14,049 bases of DNA from an uncultured bacterium (GTDB lineage Bacteria; Cyanobacteriota; Cyanobacteriia; Cyanobacteriales; CAWUOF01), in contig CAWUOF010000044.1 of NCBI GenBank assembly GCA_963923765.1, positions 1-14,049 of the forward strand, given 5' to 3'. The position numbers and the translations under genes are program-made. Positions 8,001-13,780 of this stretch are shown in pieces. Below the pieces are notes generated by a model. The model saw nothing but the letters and a program-made list of their open reading frames with translations, searched no databases and was not told the DNA's origin. Position 1 is the stretch's first letter. Every line of letters starts with the position of its first letter.

Positions 8001-8582
8001 TCAAGTTAAATTAGCAACGGTTTTGATTAATTCATCGCGAGATAATTGCATAATTAATTTAACGCTTTCTTTTTGGGATATTTGCATTAAAGGTTGTATA
8101 ATTTGGTATAATTCCTGATCAATTTTTCCAAATCTTATTCTTATAATGTTTTCGATGTTTATCGGTGGAAGATCATCCAAAGCTAATAAAAATTTCTCGG
8201 AACCAGTATAAATATCTTCTAAACAGAGGAGGTGATAAACAAAAATACCCTCCTCTATTCTGGGATAGCTTTTAAGGCGAGGCAAAAATTTTGAATTGTA
8301 ACCAACACCAGCCAGCATAATTCCTATTTGAGATTTTGATTTCTCTAAGCCAGCATAGAATTCATCAGCATATTTAGAGCCTAAAGACTCTTGCGAAAGT
8401 TTGCATTGGAAATAAATCAAACGGTCTGCAACTGTACCATAACCATCAATAAGATCATCAGCGCCAGACTTTCCGGGCGTTAATCCTAGCATGATAGCAT
8501 AGGCTTGTCCATCACGTTGTTTAGTAGCAGAATTGGCGCGGGTTTTACTATTAATTATGGCTCGCAACTGCATTGCATCCAT
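8001..8582 (-). CDS. Standalone Mrr-type (Mrr_cat) PD-(D/E)xK restriction-endonuclease-fold protein with no N-terminal DNA-binding domain
   Basis: 193-aa ORF. Seen: GADDLIDGYGTVADRLIYFQCK matches the Mrr catalytic core (G-D-x-G-I-D-x ... v-Q-c-K, with Q in place of E as in Mrr itself). It is followed by SQIGIMLAGVGYNSKF...EEGIFVYHLL, which corresponds to the Mrr_cat distal strands (gilvttsgFs...i.lidg). Only about 35 residues precede the nuclease core, so there is no winged-helix N-domain. The start is 7 nt after the stop of the upstream RHH gene, which suggests translational coupling. Confidence 0.7.
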   Translation of the reverse strand: MDAMQLRAIINSKTRANSATKQRDGQAYAIMLGLTPGKSGADDLIDGYGTVADRLIYFQCKLSQESLGSKYADEFYAGLEKSKSQIGIMLAGVGYNSKFLPRLKSYPRIEEGIFVYHLLCLEDIYTGSEKFLLALDDLPPINIENIIRIRFGKIDQELYQIIQPLMQISQKESVKLIMQLSRDELIKTVANLT

Positions 8583-8589
8583 TCTACTA

Positions 8590-9069
8590 CTACCCTACTT
8601 TATTCATTTCGATCAATCGTAAATAGAAAATTTCTACTCCTAGAATTGCAATTTTAGAAACATCACAGAGTAAATTTTGGTTTTCGAGTTCATCAAAAAT
8701 TTTTTGACTCAACTCAAGTTTTAGTGTCGTACAATCATCGTCAGAATTTATTTCTTTTGGATAACCCTTAAGACTTTGAATTTTAATTTCTTTGTCTTTA
8801 GCGTAATTGATAACATAGTTAATCGCACTATGCAATATGTTATCAGTAGACAATGCTAAATAATTATTGAGATTTCTAAATTTTGCTTGCATTGAGAGAG
8901 GAATTGTCATAGATACAACTGTTTCTGTATTTTCGCCATTAGCTGCACGATTTTCACGATGTTGCTCAACGATGTTATGTGCTCTTTGGCTAACGCCGTT
9001 AGTTGCTTTATTTAGATGCTCAGTCGCAGCTATGGATGAGTTGACTGGATTTTGATGTTGACTAGACAT
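8590..9069 (-). CDS. Ribbon-helix-helix (CopG/Arc/ParG-like) DNA-binding protein with a disordered N-terminal tail and a roughly 65-aa C-terminal extension
   Basis: 159-aa ORF. A GGAGG Shine-Dalgarno lies 11 nt upstream of the ATG, and the start is 21 nt after the ParA-like stop. Seen: an N-terminal polar, low-complexity 50 aa, then a beta-strand VVSMTIPLS, helix-1 MQAKFRNLNNYLA and helix-2 STDNILHSAINYVINYA. This is the RHH fold pattern by inference; I recognize no named family. The C-terminal extension (KEIKIQSLKG...LLCDVSKIAILGVEIFYLRLIEMNKVG) is not part of classical ParG or omega proteins. Confidence 0.55.
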   Translation of the reverse strand: MSSQHQNPVNSSIAATEHLNKATNGVSQRAHNIVEQHRENRAANGENTETVVSMTIPLSMQAKFRNLNNYLALSTDNILHSAINYVINYAKDKEIKIQSLKGYPKEINSDDDCTTLKLELSQKIFDELENQNLLCDVSKIAILGVEIFYLRLIEMNKVG

Positions 9070-9090
9070 AACCTATTTAACCTCCGGAAT

Positions 9091-9780
9091 TTACTCCTTA
9101 ATTAAATCAATAAAATAAGTTTTTGTATTTTCTAAATTTGCATATTTCCAAATGTATTTTTTTTCTTTCAAAGATTTTCGTGTTTCTGCGGCTAGAGATT
9201 GCATTGGTGTACAAATTTCAACTTGAATAGAAAAATTATCAATATTCAACTCATTCTCTATTTCCTCACTGCTAAGTCCCAAAGGTACAACTTTTATAAT
9301 TGGGTTGTAATAAATACTAGTTAATTGCTGAAATTTAATTTCACGTTCCAAATCACTAATAAAAACAGAAATATCTTCAATGGCATGAGACTGTGACTCA
9401 GAAATTGGTACTAGAAAAATATTGGGTAGAGAGTCACTTAGAATCGTAAGAGCATCTTCCGGCGGACTATCTGCATCAATAACGACATAATCATACAATT
9501 CCCAGTCTCGTTTAGTTATGGGTTTAAATCGAGAACCTTTAGATTGTGGTGGATTCCAGCGCAAATCAATATTATTCGGAAGAGATAACTCTTTTTGAGG
9601 GATATCTGGCCTTGAACCACTAAAAAATTTCCAAGAATCTGGTCGAGGATCGCAATCCACGAGCAAAATTTTTCTGATAGTTTGCTCATTAAGGATACCT
9701 GCAATATGAACAGCAAGAGTTGTTTTCCCTGCTCCTCCTTTGATGTAATTGCATAAGATAACACGAGTTTTCCTAGTCAT
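9091..9780 (-). CDS. ParA/MinD/Soj-superfamily deviant Walker A ATPase (small type-Ib ParF-like size, no N-terminal HTH)
   Basis: 229-aa ORF. Seen: deviant Walker A KGGAGKTT within NYIKGGAGKTTLAVHIA, an A' motif KILLVDCDPR, a Walker B YDYVVIDADSPP, then ALTILSDSLPNIFLVPISESQSHAIEDIS, which matches the ParA hydrophobic core. It is the first gene of a three-gene minus-strand cluster. Confidence 0.85.
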   Translation of the reverse strand: MTRKTRVILCNYIKGGAGKTTLAVHIAGILNEQTIRKILLVDCDPRPDSWKFFSGSRPDIPQKELSLPNNIDLRWNPPQSKGSRFKPITKRDWELYDYVVIDADSPPEDALTILSDSLPNIFLVPISESQSHAIEDISVFISDLEREIKFQQLTSIYYNPIIKVVPLGLSSEEIENELNIDNFSIQVEICTPMQSLAAETRKSLKEKKYIWKYANLENTKTYFIDLIKE

Positions 9781-10240
9781 AGCTTTTATGATAATCCTAG
9801 TTGCTATTTAGACAATACCCCAGCTTAAAACTCAAAAAACGGATTTTTGGATATTCTGGTTAATTACATCTATTTGCATGATCATAACATACAGGGTAAA
9901 ACATAAAATGCTTATATAGCAATAATTTAAAGTATGATTGCTCTGTGATATAGCTAAGTGTTGTATTTTATTAATATAACACAAATTAACAAGATTTTGG
10001 TGAAAATCAAAAATAATCTTTCTATCGCCAGTATCGAGGGTGATAGTGAAAATACTTAACCCAAAAAAATAGTACAGATTGTTTTAGACTCAGAAATATT
10101 TTCTTGTCGAGACTTAGACGAATTTTCGTGGTAAATAGGGTTAAAAACCATACTAGGCAAGGAAAATACGTCAAACGGGTAAAAAAACTCAAACCCATAC
10201 CCATCAAGGTTTTAACTTTTTTCGAGGTAAAACCTATACC

Positions 10241-10280
10241 AAAAAAGGCTTTCAGCCTTTTTCCCATATTTTTTTTCTAA
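10241..10280. terminator. Bidirectional rho-independent terminator hairpin (9-bp perfect stem AAAAAGGCT/AGCCTTTTT, 3-nt loop) flanked by an A-run on the 5' side and a T-run on the 3' side
   Basis: Seen: aaaaaaggctTTCagcctttttcccatattttttttc. The stem is 10242-10250 paired with 10254-10262. A T-tract follows on the plus strand. Because the A-tract precedes the stem, the minus strand also reads stem plus T-tract. No annotated gene ends here on either strand. Confidence 0.5.
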
Positions 10281-10506
10281 GTCCCGCCAAAAAACTGCAA
10301 GATTATGACATTTGTATGTTCAATATCCTTGCACGTGGTTGGCGGGGTCAATTTTGAAATCCATCTCCAAATCTCTTATTTTGCATACTTTGTCACACCT
10401 CAATTCAATTTGTAGACTTATTCACCGAGTTCTATGTTATAATAATTTATAATAAATATAATAAAATTATATAATCAAATAATAATTACTACTATAAACA
10501 AAAACA

Positions 10507-11211
10507 ATGTCTAACCAAGAATCACCAGAAATCGAACAATTTTTAACTACAGTTCAATTATTTAAAGGCATATCTGAACAACAAATCAACGCCTTAGCCA
10601 ATATTGCCATAAAACAAACATATTCCAAAGGAGAAACCTTATTTTTACAAGGTGATGAAGGTAAAGGATTTTTTATAGTAATTTCCGGCAAAGTTAAAGT
10701 ATTTAAAATTTCACCAAAAGGAAAAGAACAAATACTAGAAATTTTCAGCAATGGCGAACACTTTGCCGAAGTACCAGCATTTGATGGACAATGTTTTCCG
10801 GCATCAGCAACAGCATTAGAAACAACACAAGTATTATTTTTCCCTCGGATAGACTTTCTGGAATTATTACAAAAATACCCAAACTTAGCCATTGCTATGT
10901 TAGCCATTTTTGCCCGTCATTTGCGACAATTTGCCCATAAGATCGAAAATTTATCCTTAAAAGAAGTACCCGAAAGACTAGCCGCATATTTGCTGTATCT
11001 TCAGGAACGCCATAATTTCAGCGAAACAGTAGAATTAGATATGACTAAAACACAACTAGCGGCATTTTTGGGTACAATTCCAGAAACTATATCGAGGGTA
11101 TTGGCAAAATTATCAACAGAAAAATTAATTATTATCGATGGATCTAAAATTAAAATATTAGATCGCAACCGTTTGGAAACTCTAGCAGGTTATAGAGATA
11201 ATTTAGTGTAA
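10507..11211 (+). CDS. CRP/FNR-family transcriptional regulator (cNMP-binding beta-roll plus C-terminal HTH); not NtcA
   Basis: 234-aa ORF. Seen: the cNMP-binding-domain pattern (LFLQGDEGKGFFIVISGKVKVFKISPKGKEQILEIFSNGEHFAE), a dimerization helix and a C-terminal HTH (MTKTQLAAFLGTIPETISRVLAKLSTEKLI). A 240-bp AT-rich leader with several TATAAT-like hexamers lies upstream. There is no Shine-Dalgarno sequence. Confidence 0.9.
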   Translation: MSNQESPEIEQFLTTVQLFKGISEQQINALANIAIKQTYSKGETLFLQGDEGKGFFIVISGKVKVFKISPKGKEQILEIFSNGEHFAEVPAFDGQCFPASATALETTQVLFFPRIDFLELLQKYPNLAIAMLAIFARHLRQFAHKIENLSLKEVPERLAAYLLYLQERHNFSETVELDMTKTQLAAFLGTIPETISRVLAKLSTEKLIIIDGSKIKILDRNRLETLAGYRDNLV

Positions 11212-11238
11212 AATAACTTCAGTTAACAGGACATATCC

Positions 11239-12063
11239 TTGAGTACAGAAAATTCTAACCAAAATCATCAGACAATATCGCCCTTAGCGCCAGCAGTTTA
11301 TATAATTGGTGCCGGTCCTGGCGATCCGGAATTACTGACAGTGAAAGCTTATAAAATATTAGCTAAAGCCGATGTAATTTTATTTGCAGACTCTTTAGTA
11401 CCAAAGCAAATTTTAACAGGAGTACGTCAAGATGCAGAAATTATTAGAACTGCGAATAAAACCTTAGAAGATATATTACCAATAGCGATCGCCAAAGTCA
11501 AAGCAGGTAAATCAGTTGTACGTTTGCATTCCGGTGATTTAACCCTATATAGTGCTATTCACGAACAAATGCAAATTTTAGCAGAAGCAAACATACCTTT
11601 TGAACTTATACCAGGCATCAGCGCTTTTCAAGCAGCCGCCGCTAAAATTCAAGCAGAACTTACCATACCAGAATTAGTACAAACTATCATTCTTACCCGC
11701 ATAAGCGGCAGTGCTTCCGCAGTTCCGGAAGCAGAAGAATTAGCCAGTTTAGCAGCCCATAAAGCCAGCCTTTGCCTTTATCTTAGCGCTAGACATATTG
11801 AAACAGCCCAGGAAAAACTATTACAACATTACCCAGCAGATACCCCAGTAGCAATATGTTTTCGCGTAGGTTGGCCCGATGAAAAAATTATGATTGTACC
11901 CCTTGACAAAATTGCCAGCATTACTAACAAAGAAAACCTAATTAGGACTACTCTTTATCTAATTAGTCCAGCATTAGCGGCAGGAAAAACGCGATCGCGC
12001 CTATATCATCCCGAATATAATCACATTTTCCGCCCATCTCATTCCAGCCAAACTATTTACTAA
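11239..12063 (+). CDS. cobM: Precorrin-4 C11-methyltransferase (CobM/CbiF; tetrapyrrole (corrin/porphyrin) methylase family), TTG start
   Basis: 274-aa ORF starting at a TTG. Seen: VYIIGAGPGDPELLTVKAYKILAKADVILFADSLV is the class-III SAM-dependent tetrapyrrole methylase N-terminal motif. The length and the RLHSGDLTLYSAI...IPGISAF segments match CobM/CbiF rather than CobA or CobI. Confidence 0.85.
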   Translation: MSTENSNQNHQTISPLAPAVYIIGAGPGDPELLTVKAYKILAKADVILFADSLVPKQILTGVRQDAEIIRTANKTLEDILPIAIAKVKAGKSVVRLHSGDLTLYSAIHEQMQILAEANIPFELIPGISAFQAAAAKIQAELTIPELVQTIILTRISGSASAVPEAEELASLAAHKASLCLYLSARHIETAQEKLLQHYPADTPVAICFRVGWPDEKIMIVPLDKIASITNKENLIRTTLYLISPALAAGKTRSRLYHPEYNHIFRPSHSSQTIY

Positions 12064-12196
12064 CATCCTTAACAAAATAGGAAATAGGGAATAAAAGCCA
12101 AAAATTGCCTATTTCTGTACAAAAATTAATTTTACTTTTGATTTTAGGAGATAATGTAAACTTACCCTAGAATCCCAAACAAGTAGGTAAACCATC

Positions 12197-12676
12197 ATGT
12201 TAGACGAACAAGCGAAAAAAACATTACTGCGAAAAATTCCACATGGCATCTATATTTGTGGTGTCAAAGATGGCGAAGATGTTAACGGCTTTACCATCAG
12301 TTGGGTAATGCAAGCATCTTTTAAACCACCCTTAGTAGTTAATTGTGTTAGACAAGATTCTAAAGCCCAGGAAATGATTAAAAATAGTGGCGTATTTGCT
12401 ATTAGTTTCCTAGAGGCTAATCAAAAAGAATTAGCTCAAAAATTTTTCCAACCCAGACGCAGAGTAGGTAACAAATTCGAGGATGTAGAATTTTATACAA
12501 AAGAAACAGGTTGCCCAATTATTACTGATTCTCTTGGTTATATAGAATGTAAATTAGTTGGTACCGTTGAACAAGGCGATCATATTGTTTTTGTTGGTGA
12601 AGTAATTGCAGCTAGTATGCACCGCGAAGGTGAACCCCTAATTTTAGAAGCCACTGGCTGGCAATATGGCGGATAA
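12197..12676 (+). CDS. Flavin reductase-like (FMN-binding split-barrel, PF01613-type) protein; candidate corrin reductase (CobR-like) by genomic context
   Basis: 159-aa ORF with an SD-like aggtaa upstream. Seen: LRKIPHGIYICGVKDGEDVNGFTISWVMQASFKPPLVVNCVRQDSKAQEMIKNSGVFAISFL is the flavin-reductase-like domain signature (GvyvvT/GfT.SWvmqaSfdPPlv). It lies 133 bp downstream of cobM on the same strand. Confidence 0.85.
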   Translation: MLDEQAKKTLLRKIPHGIYICGVKDGEDVNGFTISWVMQASFKPPLVVNCVRQDSKAQEMIKNSGVFAISFLEANQKELAQKFFQPRRRVGNKFEDVEFYTKETGCPIITDSLGYIECKLVGTVEQGDHIVFVGEVIAASMHREGEPLILEATGWQYGG

Positions 12677-12688
12677 TAGATAATAGTT

Positions 12689-12820
12689 TTTAGGGGTGCA
12701 TCTCATATTTGCAAAAAACCATATTTTAACTATACAAATATCTAGGATTTTTTAGCCTAGTGCATAAGAAGCGCTGAAGCGCCACAACAATTTTTGACAA
12801 TTTTGAGATGCACCCTTAAA
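12689..12820. repeat. Long-range inverted repeat (12-bp perfect arms GGGTGCATCTCA / TGAGATGCACCC, extendable to about 17 bp with one G-T) enclosing about 98 bp that contains a GCGC-tgaa-GCGC mini-hairpin
   Basis: Seen: the left arm is 12694-12705 and the right arm is 12804-12815. Flanking A/T pairs extend the stem to 12689-12705 / 12804-12820. An internal palindrome gcgctgaagcgc sits at 12771-12782. The repeat lies in the 195-bp spacer between the flavin-reductase gene and the MIF gene and overlaps the MIF -35 region. Confidence 0.45.
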
Positions 12821-12823
12821 TCA
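12794..12823 (+). promoter_or_regulatory. Candidate sigma70-type promoter for the MIF gene (TTGACA -35 at 12794-12799; weak -10 taaatc about 17 nt downstream)
   Basis: Seen: a perfect TTGACA hexamer whose TTG is the false start codon of the 142-aa ORF in the track. The -10 match is poor (3/6), so the call is tentative. Confidence 0.25.
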
Positions 12824-12871
12824 ATAAACAGTTTAAAGTCACCAAAAAATTATCAACAAACACACCCAATT

Positions 12872-13222
12872 ATGCCTCTAATTAAAGTACAAACATCTGT
12901 GGCTGCCCCTGATAAATCCGTAGTAGAAGGATTGTTAAAAACACTGTCAGCAAAACTAGCTAAACATTTAAATAAACCAGAAAGTTATGTAATGACAGCT
13001 TTTGAGCCAGAATTAGCTATGACCTTTGCCGGTACATTTGAGCCAGTTTGCTATGTGGAAATTAAAAGTATTGGCAGTATGCAAGCAAATCAAACTAAGT
13101 CCATGAGCCAAGATTTTTGTGAAGAAATTAGTCAAAAATTAGGAGTACCCAAAAATCGCATTTATATAGAATTTGCTGATGCAAAAGGTGCGATGTGGGG
13201 TTGGAATGGTGGTACTTTTTAA
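12872..13222 (+). CDS. Macrophage migration inhibitory factor (MIF)/tautomerase-superfamily protein with an N-terminal catalytic Pro-1
   Basis: The ORF track gives 12794..13222. The MIF domain begins at the internal Met27 (ATG at 12872), giving MPLIKVQTSV..., which matches the MIF N-terminus MP-x-(F/I)-x-V-x-TN(V). The rest aligns closely with MIF (KPESYVMTAFEPELAMTFAGTFEPVCYVEIKSIG...NRIYIEFADAKGAMWGWNGGTF versus human MIF [34 protein letters not shown]...[22 protein letters not shown]). The upstream 78 nt of the long ORF overlap a TTGACA -35 box, so the long start is spurious. Confidence 0.85.
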   Translation: MPLIKVQTSVAAPDKSVVEGLLKTLSAKLAKHLNKPESYVMTAFEPELAMTFAGTFEPVCYVEIKSIGSMQANQTKSMSQDFCEEISQKLGVPKNRIYIEFADAKGAMWGWNGGTF

Positions 13223-13271
13223 AAGTCGATCGCATTCCTGAGACTAGGTTAAGCTAATTATCCATAATTAT

Positions 13272-13310
13272 GGGGGTAATTTATAAATTCCCCCTATTAT
13301 ATTATTTTAG
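13272..13310 (+). terminator. Putative intrinsic terminator downstream of the MIF gene
   Basis: Seen: GGGGGtaatttataaattCCCCC (5-bp G/C stem extended by A/T pairs aattta/taaatt with one bulge) followed by tattatattatttta, which is U-rich. It lies about 50 nt after the MIF stop at 13222. Confidence 0.4.
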
Positions 13311-13780
13311 TATTTTAATATCAGCCTTTTATCACAAATATACAAAAACTCAACGGAAAATAGACTACATATAACAATAGATAGTTAAACAATATATATG
13401 GAAACAAAATATTGAGGTAATAAACCAAGTATTGTTCAGAAAACCCCCGTTTATTTATTTAAATTGGTTCTATATAAAAATCTATAATCTTGATTTATCA
13501 AATTTGCCAACATCCGGATAAAGCGAAATATTCCCTGTGATGATATAGCTAGAGTAATTTTTAATCCTAAAGTTTAAGAATAAAAATTTATCACTAGAGT
13601 TCCCGATCGAAAATTAAAGCGATCGCAGACTCTGGGGTGTTTCCTGATGAGGTTAAAGAGCTATGTATTTGTAGATAGCACCAGAAAAAATAATTTATGT
13701 ATCTACATTACCAGAATTTGCTTAATTTCCCGTGTTCTACCCGAAATTAATCATTGCTTCAACCGAAAAGGATAATTAAT

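Noticed and set aside
8867-9055. 62-aa plus-strand ORF antisense to the RHH gene
   Set aside because: It is short and antisense to a gene that has an SD and coupling signals. There is no independent support.
9516-9764. 82-aa minus-strand ORF overlapping the ParA-like gene in another frame
   Set aside because: It is completely embedded in a well-supported ParA CDS with strong motif conservation. This is an alternative-frame artefact.
10022-10267. 81-aa minus-strand ORF in the non-coding island
   Set aside because: Its start codon lies inside the terminator hairpin. The product is Phe/Leu/Lys-rich low complexity typical of AT-rich non-coding DNA, and there is no RBS. I treat the region as non-coding.
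10413-10440. Possible NtcA-type binding site GTA-N8-CAC upstream of the crp-family gene
   Set aside because: One half-site is imperfect (CAC not TAC), and the spacing to the nearest TATAAT-like -10 is about 12 nt, not the canonical about 22 nt. I kept it only as a remark under the crp-cobM finding.
10554-10907. 117-aa minus-strand ORF inside the crp-family gene
   Set aside because: It is antisense to a CDS with a clear cNMP-binding and HTH domain structure.
12794-12871. N-terminal 26 codons of the 142-aa ORF listed as 12794..13222
   Set aside because: The start is the TTG of a TTGACA -35 hexamer. The extension (MTILRCTLKSINSLKSPKNYQQTHPI) has no counterpart in MIF proteins, whose catalytic Pro must be residue 1 after Met removal. 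The ATG at 12872 gives a canonical MIF N-terminus.
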